Shown one piece after another: positions 30,362 to 40,837 of a stretch of DNA of 64,000 bases. The notes under the pieces are model-generated. The model was not told the origin of the DNA. It saw only the letters and a list, made by a program, of their open reading frames with translations, and did not search any database. Source of the stretch: a virus (lineage: Duplodnaviria > Heunggongvirae > Uroviricota > Caudoviricetes). Each line of letters begins with the position of its first letter. Within the stretch, counting starts at the first letter, position 1. The stretch spans positions 344-64,343 of IMG/VR virus record IMGVR_UViG_3300031867_000033; one strand, 5' to 3'. The position numbers and the translations under genes are program-made.

Positions 30362-30622
30362 TTAATCTACTTTAACGCTATATTTAGTTTTTGATGACTT
30401 TATAGTAGTTTTATATGTAAGTCCTGTCTCATTACTTAGTTCAATACACAAATCTACTGGCTTCCAAAGATGATAACCCGTCATATACTGAATGTTCTCT
30501 TCTGTAAGTATCTCATACTTTCCAGTATACTTACATTGAGAAAAATCTCCGACCTCTGCCCTTCCATGAGGTGAAAAAATATAAAGCTTCCCATCGACCA
30601 ATATAAGCCTTTTAATTTCCAT
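30362..30622 (-). CDS. hypothetical protein
   Basis: ORF track. Confidence 0.45.
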   Translation of the reverse strand: MEIKRLILVDGKLYIFSPHGRAEVGDFSQCKYTGKYEILTEENIQYMTGYHLWKPVDLCIELSNETGLTYKTTIKSSKTKYSVKVD

Positions 30623-31407
30623 TATGCAACCTCTCCTTCTTCAAAGAAACTATAAGTATCGTGACGACTGTATCCAGAATAATCAAAAAGTTTCCCATTA
30701 CCATTATAATCATAGCCATAATTCCAATCATGAATATCATTAATTTCATTAGAAATATCTTCAAATACCTTTATTGTATTTAAGAATCCAATTTTTAAAA
30801 TTATATTAAGAATAAAATCATCTGAAAAATCACAACTAATATCATTAATTCTATTTATTTCATTAGAAATAAAATTATTAACCCTACCCAAAATAAAAAG
30901 CTTATCTTTATCTTGTGCTACAGCTGAAATTGTTTTAACTCTTTCCTGAATATATATTGGAATATTATTATAAATTCCTACATAATTAATTTCAGACAAA
31001 ACTTCTTTTAAAGACTCACTTGCTTCTTCATATATACTAATTTCTTCATCACAAAGATTAGAAATTGCTTTGCCTACTCTTTTATAACCTAAAAAATTTT
31101 CACTATTATAGTCAGAAAAATCTTCTTCTTCATCTATCCATTTTTCAGCATATATATCTGTTATAGGAATTTTTATAACCCAATTAGTTTTTTTCTTGGG
31201 AACAATACAAATTTTAGTTAGTCCAGAAAGCACGTCATATTTTTCAGTGGGAATAATTTCAAAAGGAGTGTCAAGAGAAGAATAAAGAGCAGCATCATCG
31301 GCATCTATTTCTCTATTTATAACTTCTTCACTGATATATACTCCATTTGCATTATCACCTAACACCTCTTTTACAATTTCCATAATTTCATTCTTGTCAT
31401 AAATCAT
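30622..31407 (-). CDS. hypothetical protein
   Basis: ORF track. Confidence 0.5.
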   Translation of the reverse strand: MIYDKNEIMEIVKEVLGDNANGVYISEEVINREIDADDAALYSSLDTPFEIIPTEKYDVLSGLTKICIVPKKKTNWVIKIPITDIYAEKWIDEEEDFSDYNSENFLGYKRVGKAISNLCDEEISIYEEASESLKEVLSEINYVGIYNNIPIYIQERVKTISAVAQDKDKLFILGRVNNFISNEINRINDISCDFSDDFILNIILKIGFLNTIKVFEDISNEINDIHDWNYGYDYNGNGKLFDYSGYSRHDTYSFFEEGEVA

Positions 31408-31556
31408 ATAGAAATACCTCTTTTTCTTATTTTATATATATATTATAACAAAAATTTTTAAAAATTGCAAATATTTTTATGATTATGCATATATTATTAA
31501 AATTACAATACGCCGCCATACCATAGCTCTCTATGATACCGCGGCGCGTTGTAATT

Positions 31557-32402
31557 TTATTCAACCTTTCCTATATCAAACATGAAATTTCCATTTGATA
31601 CAACCTTAGGATATGTTCCATCCCAAGATTCTATTATCTTATACTGAATAACCTTTTCACTTAAAGAAGCTTCAATCTCCTTATTTGCCTGTGCTTGTGC
31701 ATCAGCAACGGCTAAAATTCTATTGGCTTCTGCTTCTGCTGCAATAGTTTTCTTTTCAGCCTCGGCTTTAGCCTTTACAATTTCTTGCTCCTGTTCTGTC
31801 TTTGTTCTGAGCAAATTCTGCTCTGCCGCGGTCTTCTGCTCGATTGCATCATTAAAGGTCGTAGAAAAGTCAAAATTTACAATATTAAATTTTTCAATAT
31901 AAACGCCATAACCGTTAAGCTTTCCATTGAGAAAGTCCTTAACACCTTCTCCAACTTCAGTACGACGAGTAATAAGCTCTTCTGCTGTATACTGACTTGA
32001 AATTGCCTTCATGCCCTCTTGTATTGCAGGAGCAATTAAAACATTTTCATAATCCATTCCAATGTTCTGGTAAACGCTTGCAGACGAAGTAGAATTTATT
32101 CTATAATTCACGGCTATTGTTGAACTTACAGCCTGCAAATCTCTTGATACAGCATCAGCATCAGACTCATATTTCTGTATCTTATTAGATACATCTACAA
32201 CATGAGTTATAAATGGAGTTTTTAAATGGAAACCCTCTGGAAAAGTATCATTTGATACTTTTCCAAGAACTACCTGAACTCCAGTATGGCCTGCTGGGAC
32301 TATTGTTGAACTAGCAATAAAAGTTGTAATTGCAAGACCACCGATAATTCCAGCAACAAATTTACCAGCAATATTATTCTTTTTCTTATTTTCTGCACTC
32401 AT
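31557..32402 (-). CDS. SPFH / band-7 (prohibitin-like) membrane protein
   Basis: N-terminal TM helix, SPFH core, Ala/Glu-rich coiled-coil tail. Confidence 0.7.
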   Translation of the reverse strand: MSAENKKKNNIAGKFVAGIIGGLAITTFIASSTIVPAGHTGVQVVLGKVSNDTFPEGFHLKTPFITHVVDVSNKIQKYESDADAVSRDLQAVSSTIAVNYRINSTSSASVYQNIGMDYENVLIAPAIQEGMKAISSQYTAEELITRRTEVGEGVKDFLNGKLNGYGVYIEKFNIVNFDFSTTFNDAIEQKTAAEQNLLRTKTEQEQEIVKAKAEAEKKTIAAEAEANRILAVADAQAQANKEIEASLSEKVIQYKIIESWDGTYPKVVSNGNFMFDIGKVE

Positions 32403-32479
32403 ATCTTTTTTTTCTCCTTTTATACAACTATATATTTTAATTTAATTATTCAATTATATATTACTACATAAAGAGTTGA

Positions 32480-32701
32480 TTATACTACCCACTTCTTTAC
32501 AAGCTCATATATATCTTCCTCACACTCAATATAGGTTTCGTTCCATTCAGCCGATGCTAAAATTGCAGCTAGCTGAGATTTAGCATTAACCTTAAATCTA
32601 TGAAATCTATCAACAAGATAAACATCCGCTGACACAGTATTAACTGCCGCAACAAAAGCCATAACATCCTTCATACCTACAAGCTCAATCCTATTCTTCA
32701 T
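32480..32701 (-). CDS. hypothetical protein
   Basis: ORF track. Confidence 0.45.
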   Translation of the reverse strand: MKNRIELVGMKDVMAFVAAVNTVSADVYLVDRFHRFKVNAKSQLAAILASAEWNETYIECEEDIYELVKKWVV

Positions 32702-32705
32702 TAAA

Positions 32706-33042
32706 ATTCCTCCTTTTATTTTTTCCCAAAAACATCAATATAACTTCCCCACCTAGTTATCTGTTCACCGCTCGCCAAATCCTCAACTGCAATTATTGCC
32801 GCCCAAATAATATCTCCTACTTCGTTTTCACATATATCTTCTTGTGAGCAAATTAAAACTTTATAATGTCTAGCGAAATTAAGTACAGTTTGTGCAAATA
32901 TGGAAAATCCAACTTCCTAATACTCATCATACTTTATATAATCCGCAACCTCTGGAAAAGAAGATTTAAGTATATCATCTCTCTATATAAAAGGTCCATG
33001 AATATAGAAAAAATCAATTAACTCATCAACAATTGTCCAGTC
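32706..33042 (-). CDS. hypothetical protein (~112 aa, 2 TAG)
   Basis: RBS AAAGGAGGTAATT-ATG at 33040-33042; open only with TAG sense; absent from track. Confidence 0.35.
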
Positions 33043-33181
33043 CATAATTACCTCCTTTCAATTATCTTTATAAATTAAATTTTAGACGCCTCGTAGTCTC
33101 TTTACTTTTTATTCTTAAAAAACCAATTAAAAAATATCTCCCATATAAATTTTGAAGTTAAATAAATTAAATAAATAAAAA

Positions 33182-33436
33182 TTATAATTTTAACCATTGC
33201 AATACCCTTTCTATTCGATGATTCGATTTATTTAAATCAAGATAAATATTACCAAGATACCACCAAGCTATTGCTCCTAATATAATAAAAATTCCTGCTA
33301 AAACTGCATTATGTGCAATTTCAATTATTCCAAGTCCAATTATTCCTATAGGAATAACTATTCCAATAATAAACATTAAAATTAAATCTATAATATAAAT
33401 AAAATTTACCAAAGCCTTTTTAAGAAGCCTCCTCAT
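33182..33436 (-). CDS. small membrane protein
   Basis: ORF track; hydrophobic. Confidence 0.45.
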   Translation of the reverse strand: MRRLLKKALVNFIYIIDLILMFIIGIVIPIGIIGLGIIEIAHNAVLAGIFIILGAIAWWYLGNIYLDLNKSNHRIERVLQWLKL

Positions 33437-33450
33437 TTAGTATAACCTCC

Positions 33451-34530
33451 TTATACTCCTATATTAAAAATCTTAACTAACTTCTTCGTAGGTAACGAAT
33501 CAATCCACTCCTTTGCAACACCATCATAAGCCTTAAACCAAAGAACAGGAGTCTTTGCTATCTCTCTTACAAATTCACTAAACTCTCTTCTTCCTCTTTC
33601 AGGGTTCTCTTTCTTCCACTGGTTAACTCTATCCTGAACAATTTCTGCTCTAGACTGAATCTCGTTCCATTCAGCTCTAATCTTATCAAAAAAATCACTT
33701 AACTCTCGAAAATAAGTAAGTAACTCTACATCTTCTCCACTTCTAATTAAATCAAGAGCATACTCAGTAGTTATATTATGATTGTTTATTGCTCTATGAA
33801 GCTCAAAATACTTTAGAGTCTTTAATTTAACTCTATGATTATACTTATCCTTAATAACAATTCCCTCGGTATTAGAATCAAAAGAATTAACTAAGTCTCT
33901 ATAATCCTGCTCATTTTCCAGTATATACTGCGCCGGCTTGGGTAATCCTATGTCTATATCTAACTCCTCTAAGGTATCATTATCACGAGTTAATATATGG
34001 AATAACTGAGGCTTGTCATATGAAACAACTATTTTATTAAATTTACTACATAATTCTAAACAAGTAGTATGCTTAGGATTTAATTTAGAATAATCGAAAC
34101 CAACCTGCGCCGCGACATCATCAAACAAATCCTTAAAAGAATTATAGCCAGGGTAAGACAAATCTGCCTCATCTGCGTCAAAAGTAGAACGAGTTCCCAC
34201 ATGCCACTCATCATCATAGTAGTAAATGAATATTAAAGTTCCATCCTCCTTGCGACTAGCCGTAGCAGTATTCCAGTCTATCTCATCACAGCCATACTCT
34301 CCTAAGTTAAAGAACCGATAGAAGCCATATCTGACTACTCTCCAAGTCCCCTTCTCCAGAATCAACCCTCTAGACTCACGAGTTATCTCCTTTAAAGTAT
34401 CAGACTCTATCTGATTATAGTTAAATAATATCAAATTCCCCTTCTTCTTTATCTTTAAAGAATAAGGAGGGGCAGTAAGTAAATCTTCCCAATTCTTATT
34501 AGCTTTTATAAACTCAACAATCTTTAACAT
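33451..34530 (-). CDS. ATP-dependent RNA ligase, Rnl1-like (T4 RnlA-type)
   Basis: Motif I KEDG (RKEDGTLIF), motif IV EGIVIKD, motif V HRVKLK; adjacent to polynucleotide kinase gene. Confidence 0.65.
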   Translation of the reverse strand: MLKIVEFIKANKNWEDLLTAPPYSLKIKKKGNLILFNYNQIESDTLKEITRESRGLILEKGTWRVVRYGFYRFFNLGEYGCDEIDWNTATASRKEDGTLIFIYYYDDEWHVGTRSTFDADEADLSYPGYNSFKDLFDDVAAQVGFDYSKLNPKHTTCLELCSKFNKIVVSYDKPQLFHILTRDNDTLEELDIDIGLPKPAQYILENEQDYRDLVNSFDSNTEGIVIKDKYNHRVKLKTLKYFELHRAINNHNITTEYALDLIRSGEDVELLTYFRELSDFFDKIRAEWNEIQSRAEIVQDRVNQWKKENPERGRREFSEFVREIAKTPVLWFKAYDGVAKEWIDSLPTKKLVKIFNIGV

Positions 34531-34556
34531 TAAAATTCTCCTTTAAAATAACCAAG

Positions 34557-34733
34557 AAACAATTCCATCTGTTGCAATATAAAGAATAATTCCACACAGA
34601 AGTACAAGACTAATATTTAAAATTCTTTCTGGAACGGTTTGCTTTTCAAAAAATTTCTTAGTTAGATAATTAAGAAAAATCAATACTACGGGAATTATAA
34701 TAACATTTAGAACTATCATTTTATTATCACCTC
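34557..34733 (-). CDS. small membrane protein (58 aa)
   Basis: RBS GAAGAGGTGATAATAAA-ATG; hydrophobic; below track length cutoff. Confidence 0.35.
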
Positions 34734-35041
34734 TTCATTTTCTATAAATATTATATCAAAAATTTTATAAAAATACAAATATTTTTATGATTTATAATCC
34801 TACAATGCGCCGCGGTACCATAAAATTTATGATACCGCGGCGCAACGTTAATTAAAATGTTCCTATTTAGCAAGAAAAATTTCCATAGCTTTTGCGCTTT
34901 CTTCTTTTAAAAACTCCGCAAAAGTTTCTTGATAAGACTCGAAGTCATCTCTCTGTTTACTAATCTCCCTTTCTACTTCTTGTGTAGCAGCAAGATTAAG
35001 TATATATTCAATCGTATCCTCCAAAAATTAACTTACCTCCT

Positions 35042-35929
35042 TTAATGACCAGCCTCATCTGCTTCATGAAGCATTTTTAATTTCTCAAAGAAATCATTTC
35101 CATAAAGATTTTTAATATTCCTAAGTCTATTCTCGCCTTCGTAAAAAGCCATGTGAAGCTGAATTAAATTAGCAGTTTCAATTGTTGAAAAATTAGCATC
35201 GACGCTTGTTATATAATCATAAGCGCTAACATTAGCATGAAAAAAATAGTGGGCTTCTTCCGTTTTTATTCCTTTCTTATTTGTAAAAACTTTAGTAACT
35301 TCTTTTCCGATGTCATGAAGATACGCCGCAGAGACTACTTCAATCGGGAATTTATTTTTCATTGCATAATCTCCCGCAGCTATCATATGGTCTCCTATAG
35401 ACAAACTATGATGGTGATTATCATGAGGTACGTTTCTAAGTACTTCTACTCTTTTAATTAAATCAACTTCGCTATTTTCATCATGAATAAAATGAATTTC
35501 CGACCAACCCTCACAATAGGCAGGCACCTGGAAGCTTCTATACATTCTATCCATCACATAAGAAGGGACAGTTCTTTCTCTATTTAAATTTCTTCTTACG
35601 CAAGTATCAAAAGGAATTGCAAAAACAAGTGCAATTGCATCAAATTCAACATGAGTTCTCTCTCGAAGCGCATTAAGAAATTTAATACGACGTTTCTGAT
35701 TTAAATTAGTCGCATCATAAAAAACATTTTTCTCTGCATTTAAACTAGCTACTGTTCTATTCATCATCTCATTAAAAATAATATCATTATGAGACTGATC
35801 ATTTACATCTCCAAACATCTCTTCTCTTAACTTATCAGATGAAATATAAACAGCATTAGATAATTCATTTCTCCAATAAGTGCTCTTACCTGCTCCAGGC
35901 AAGCCTATGGTCATCCATAACTTAGTCAT
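35042..35929 (-). CDS. polynucleotide 5'-kinase (P-loop) fused to C-terminal HD phosphohydrolase domain (RNA end-healing enzyme)
   Basis: Walker A GLPGAGKST at N-terminus; HD signature AAYLHDIGK and His cluster in C-terminal half. Confidence 0.65.
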   Translation of the reverse strand: MTKLWMTIGLPGAGKSTYWRNELSNAVYISSDKLREEMFGDVNDQSHNDIIFNEMMNRTVASLNAEKNVFYDATNLNQKRRIKFLNALRERTHVEFDAIALVFAIPFDTCVRRNLNRERTVPSYVMDRMYRSFQVPAYCEGWSEIHFIHDENSEVDLIKRVEVLRNVPHDNHHHSLSIGDHMIAAGDYAMKNKFPIEVVSAAYLHDIGKEVTKVFTNKKGIKTEEAHYFFHANVSAYDYITSVDANFSTIETANLIQLHMAFYEGENRLRNIKNLYGNDFFEKLKMLHEADEAGH

Positions 35930-36263
35930 TATTTTCTCCTTCCGAAATTAAATTTTCAAATTCACCTTGCGCCGCGGTATCAATTATTTCAGTCTTATCC
36001 TGCGCCGGCGCATCATCTTTTTCATTAAAATCTTGATAGGGCGGCATATCGTTTTCTAAAATCATAGGCTCATAGACCATATGCATATATGTTATAGGTA
36101 AAGTTAAATTTGCACCCGTTGACATCGGAATAACAATATTATGTTCTTTATTCTTTTCTTTGCCCCACTCTATTGCTTCCTCTTCTGTATCAAATTCATT
36201 TTTATAAATAACTCCCGATTGGGGATTACCCCAATCTACTACCCATTTATTATTATTCGGCAA
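35922..36263 (-). CDS. hypothetical acidic protein; coding sequence contains two GC-palindrome cores (35960-36015)
   Basis: ORF track. Confidence 0.5.
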   Translation of the reverse strand: MPNNNKWVVDWGNPQSGVIYKNEFDTEEEAIEWGKEKNKEHNIVIPMSTGANLTLPITYMHMVYEPMILENDMPPYQDFNEKDDAPAQDKTEIIDTAAQGEFENLISEGENND

Positions 36264-36264
36264 T

Positions 36265-36477
36265 TTATCTCCCCTCTTTTTTTACCCAAGCTACTCCAAA
36301 AACCCCATAATCATTAGAATCCTTTCTATAATTATACTTTAATTCAAGACACCAATCAATATACTGCTCAAAATATTCTGATTTCTCTTTTAAATATTCA
36401 AGCATTTCAGCATAAGCATCTTGCGATGTTTTTACTACACAAAAAATCTCTCCAAAATCATTATATAAACTCCACAT
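36265..36477 (-). CDS. hypothetical protein
   Basis: ORF track. Confidence 0.45.
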   Translation of the reverse strand: MWSLYNDFGEIFCVVKTSQDAYAEMLEYLKEKSEYFEQYIDWCLELKYNYRKDSNDYGVFGVAWVKKEGR

Positions 36478-36545
36478 TTGTATTCCTCCTCATTTCTTTC
36501 TAAAATAATTATAACAAAAATTTTAAAATTTTGCAAATCTTTTAT

Positions 36546-36577
36546 AATAAAAATAGCCCAAGAGTTAATCTTGGGCT
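36546..36577 (-). terminator. intrinsic terminator AGCCCAAGA-UUAAC-UCUUGGGCU + U-tract
   Basis: After stop of 36609..36932. Confidence 0.6.
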
Positions 36578-36608
36578 AAAATAAATTATTTTAAATTTCT
36601 TTTAAATA

Positions 36609-36932
36609 TTAAGCCAAACCACTCTTTATAAGAAACTTTTTAAACTCGTCATCAAGCACCTTACAAAATCTCTGACAATCAGTAATATCTTTAAACATAG
36701 GATAGCAATAACCATTTCTTCCACCCAAAGTTGCATTATATTTCTTCACGCAATAGAGTAGATAATCAGCATAAGAAAGTCCAAGAAGTCTTGCGCCGAG
36801 AATATGGTATGTACTTTCAAAACGATAGCCCTCTTGCTTAGAAAGTAATCCGTCGTCATCAAAAGCAGCAAGATAATAATTATTGCTCATAGACTGTTGA
36901 GCTGAAAAGAATCTTCTATACTTAAAATCCAT
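36609..36932 (-). CDS. hypothetical protein
   Basis: ORF track. Confidence 0.5.
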   Translation of the reverse strand: MDFKYRRFFSAQQSMSNNYYLAAFDDDGLLSKQEGYRFESTYHILGARLLGLSYADYLLYCVKKYNATLGGRNGYCYPMFKDITDCQRFCKVLDDEFKKFLIKSGLA

Positions 36933-36945
36933 ATTAAACTTCCTT

Positions 36946-37281
36946 TCATATAGTCACAAATTCTGCTTGTACTGCTTTCATTTCATTCCATTCTTCATCT
37001 GTAATCTTACAAAAATCACAGAATGCTTTTATTGGATTATCTGCCGCGCTTACTGCAAGAACAAAATCAAATGAACCTTTTGGCTCTATATTCTTACGTT
37101 CAAGAATTTCTTCAATACCTTCTGCTACAACCTCAGGAGGCTGCCAATTTTTTATAAGATAACGCGAAACACTTGAAGCTGAGATGCCAAGCTGCCGCGC
37201 CACCTGAGCCTTAACGCCACATTCATAGTAAAGTCTGTTAATTTGTTCTTTCTGTTCCTCTGTGATTCTTGAACCTGCCAT
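36946..37281 (-). CDS. HTH DNA-binding protein
   Basis: GVKAQVARQLGISASSVSRYL helix-turn-helix. Confidence 0.5.
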   Translation of the reverse strand: MAGSRITEEQKEQINRLYYECGVKAQVARQLGISASSVSRYLIKNWQPPEVVAEGIEEILERKNIEPKGSFDFVLAVSAADNPIKAFCDFCKITDEEWNEMKAVQAEFVTI

Positions 37282-37580
37282 TATACATTCTCCTTTCTAA
37301 CCTTATCCCAAACTGAATGAAGTTGTTCAATAGTACAGTTTAATTCAATTACTTTATCCTCATCTTTAAAAAGAATTGAGACATCACTTGGATTAATTTC
37401 ACTCCGACGATAATTCCAACCGCTCTTCCGAATTAAGTTAAACAAACCATCACTAACATTATGAAGAAGATAGTAACGATTTTTACCAGCTACCCGAATG
37501 ATCTGGTCTATAATATAAAATTTGTTCTCGTCAATTATTGACGGCTTAATAAATCTCTTAAAAAATTCCATTTTCCTCAC
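37281..37580 (-). CDS. hypothetical protein
   Basis: ORF track. Confidence 0.45.
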   Translation of the reverse strand: MRKMEFFKRFIKPSIIDENKFYIIDQIIRVAGKNRYYLLHNVSDGLFNLIRKSGWNYRRSEINPSDVSILFKDEDKVIELNCTIEQLHSVWDKVRKENV

Positions 37581-37696
37581 CTCTATATATATATTATATC
37601 AAAAATTTTTAAAAAATACAAATCTTTTTTTATATTTCTAAGCCTATAATACGCCGCGGTACCATAAAATCTACGATACCGCGGCGCATTATAGGC

Positions 37697-38023
37697 TTAA
37701 GTTTCAATTTTAGTTATATCACTTATTTCTTTATCAGAATTAATCTCATTAAACACATAGACTTCTCTTCCATCTTTTCTTATATAAAGTGTTCCAAGAG
37801 AAAAAATCTCAGGTTCTCCATTGCAAAACTCAATCTTACGTTCTACTTTATTATTATAGTCTTCTCTTAGACTTCTTTCAAAGTCAGAACCACGGCACCA
37901 ATTTGTCTTAGAATCAACAATCTTTAACTTAGTTTCCCCATCGACTTCAACCTTTTCAACTTCGTTAATCTTAAAACGAAACTTAGCCTTTGTAAATCTT
38001 AAATTGACATTCTTATTAAACAT
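37697..38023 (-). CDS. hypothetical protein
   Basis: ORF track. Confidence 0.45.
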   Translation of the reverse strand: MFNKNVNLRFTKAKFRFKINEVEKVEVDGETKLKIVDSKTNWCRGSDFERSLREDYNNKVERKIEFCNGEPEIFSLGTLYIRKDGREVYVFNEINSDKEISDITKIET

Positions 38024-38034
38024 AAATTACCTCC

Positions 38035-38460
38035 TCAATCCCATAATCCACTCCAGACTTCAACCAGATATTGTTTTGCTTTTTCCCAAAGTTCTTGCTC
38101 CTCCTTATTCATTTGATATAATTCTCTTGAATAGTAAAGATATAACCCTTCTACAATTGTATTAAGTTTTTCCTGATATTCGTTAGCAAGCTTATCCCTG
38201 TTCTTAATCTCTCCATTTTCGTTTAAATTATCAAGATTACAAGGAAAGCCAGTATGTTTCTCAGCAAAGAAAGCCATGCGAGGAAGAAGAAAGCCAGTAA
38301 GGGTTTGGTCAAGATCCCAAATATCAGAATACTCAAATCCATATTTATGCTTGAATTTCCTCATTTTCTTTCTTCGAGATTTGGATTGCCTTTTATCTTT
38401 AACTCCAGAATAGGGAGGATTTTCTTTTATATAATTTGCATAGAACTTCCAACTTTTCAA
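38035..38460 (-). CDS. hypothetical protein
   Basis: ORF track. Confidence 0.5.
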   Translation of the reverse strand: MKSWKFYANYIKENPPYSGVKDKRQSKSRRKKMRKFKHKYGFEYSDIWDLDQTLTGFLLPRMAFFAEKHTGFPCNLDNLNENGEIKNRDKLANEYQEKLNTIVEGLYLYYSRELYQMNKEEQELWEKAKQYLVEVWSGLWD

Positions 38461-38662
38461 ATTTAATCTCTCCTTTTCATTTTCTATTATAATTATAATA
38501 TAAAATTTTAAAAATTACAAATATTTCTTACATTGCGCCGCGATAACAACTTATTATACTCACCTTATTAAAATTCTACATTAAGAAATTTTTATAGCGC
38601 GCCGGCACATCAAAGTTTAAATCTAAACAAAAATGCCGTAGCTATTGCCACGGCATTTAATC

Positions 38663-40725
38663 TTACGCATCATTATTCATAATCTCTGCAAGGTCTCTCT
38701 TATTATTAAACTGCTCTATACTAGCCTTAATCTCCGCTATATCTTTCTTAAGTCCTTCCACATTCTCATTCCCGTCCTCTATGGGCGCCGGCGCATTGTA
38801 GGAATTAAAATTCTGAGCAAGCATCATCATAAGCATAGGATTAATTTCCTTATCTTCACTCATGAGCATAAAAGGAAGCATCTGATTTATATTGCTATTC
38901 CCATTTCCCATAAAAGAAAACATCATAAGATATTTAAACATATCACTATTGTCGCTATCATTATCCTTATTCATAAACATAAAGGGAAGCATATTACCAA
39001 AAGGATTAGCCTCATTTGCTGTATTGCCAATCATCGAAAAAGGCGAAATTACCTTTGTATAGTAATTAAAACCGAATATACTCTTCTCGGGGATAAGGAA
39101 CTGAATAGTACCACCGATAGGATCAATTGCTTCAAAAGTAGTAGGTGTACTTACCTTTACTATATAAAAACTACCCTTATGCCGAATTACATCTCCTCTT
39201 GTAAGGCTTTCCTTATTCACAGGGATAGTATAAAGAGGAATATCCATTACAAAATCAGATACATTTGTCGCTTCATTTGTATCAATATTATAAACACAAT
39301 AATCCCCATTCACATCTCTAAAAGCTATTCCATTAAAGGAATAAGCAATTTCCTTTGTCTTAAGCTCACCAAAGCTAAAGTTCTTAAAAATATTCTTCAT
39401 AGTTTTTCTCTCCTTCTTATTATTATTATCAATTTTTATACCAATCGTTTTAACTCTAGACAATCTATAATAGTCGTCTCCCTTTCTAATAACAGCCCCA
39501 TCAGAATAAGGCTTCATTGTACAAGGGTCTATATAGATAAACTGTTCTTTAAGTTCATTAGAAAATCCATCTTGATTACCAGGATGTACAATATAATCTG
39601 CACCTGCAATACATCTTTCCATTCTATCGAAAAAGACTTCATCTGAATTTTGTGATTCTTTTTCTTGTGATTTATCTATATCCTTTACATCTTCTACTAT
39701 AGGAATTTCTGTAGGCTTAAAACAATCAATTGCTATAGCCTCGTTATCCATTTCCTTTTGACAATCTCTTCTTGCCTTTATATAATTCTCTAATTCATTA
39801 AAATCATTAGCATGAAAAGCATAAATATTATCATGTTCTCGTATTTCAAAACCTTCACTACTGTTGTTCCAAAAAATAATTCCTAATTCTTCAGTTGTAA
39901 AGGATTCTTTTATAATATCTGCTCCATAAATAGTATAAATACGAACAGTATCAAAAGTTGAAATTTCAATTCTTTTATTCGCTTCATCTGGAGTTAAATC
40001 CATAATTTTCTCAACTCTTAACTGTTTTTTATCATAAGGATTGTCAACCATATAAGAATTGTCAATTATATAAGAATCCTTATAAAGTTTAGTAACGTTA
40101 ATTATTGTACCAAGATGAATTTTTGATTTTATATTCTCGCCAAGTTCATATAAATAACTCTTTTGCGAAGAAAAATTACCCCATCTATCAGCAAATTTTG
40201 CTAAAATATAGCTATGTTTCATTATATCTTCATTCTTCATCTCTACTGGTATATTATCTTTCTCATTAATTGCTTTCGCCCTTTCCGAATCAATAAAATC
40301 TGTAAATGCAGTATAATTAGGATAAATTTTACCCCACGGATCAGTATACTGAACATGACGATAATCTGATGTTAAGTCACAAGTATCAAGATAATTAGCT
40401 AAAATAACATTAGAATAACTTTCCCTTACTAAAAGGAAATGCTTAATTCCTTTCCAATTATTAAGTATATTGCAGTAATAGGAAAAAGACTCAAAATCTT
40501 CATCATCAAAACCTTTAACCATTTCAACACAAAATGGTCCGTGCGCTATGCTATCTTCTTCATACGGATAATAATTTTTTCCATAGTCATTCTTATGTCT
40601 ATTTACAAAAGAAACATCTCGAATATAATCTCCAATCTTTAACTTATGTTCAAAGATTTCAACTGGAGTTAAAATATCACAACTTAAATCTCTAATCCAT
40701 GCAACTCTTACCATTATTCTTTTCT
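38663..40725 (-). CDS. large hypothetical protein (~687 aa) with Met-rich C-terminal repeats (MLPFMFM / MLPFMLM / PMLMMML)
   Basis: ORF track trimmed to MVRVAW after AAAGGAGAAAAGAATA; contains an in-gene GC-palindrome core at 38781-38803. Confidence 0.65.
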
Positions 40726-40837
40726 CCTTTCGCTTAAAATTGTTGCGCCGCGATACCATAATTTCTTAATGCCGCGGCGCGTTGTAAGAAAGAGGTGTAA
40801 AGTTAAATTTGGCGGAATAAATTCTGATTATATATCT

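Noticed and set aside
38645-39646. 333-aa plus-strand ORF
   Set aside because: It lies entirely antisense to the large minus-strand gene 38663..40725. It has no RBS and a low-complexity His/Ile/Lys-rich composition typical of antisense reading of AT-rich coding DNA.
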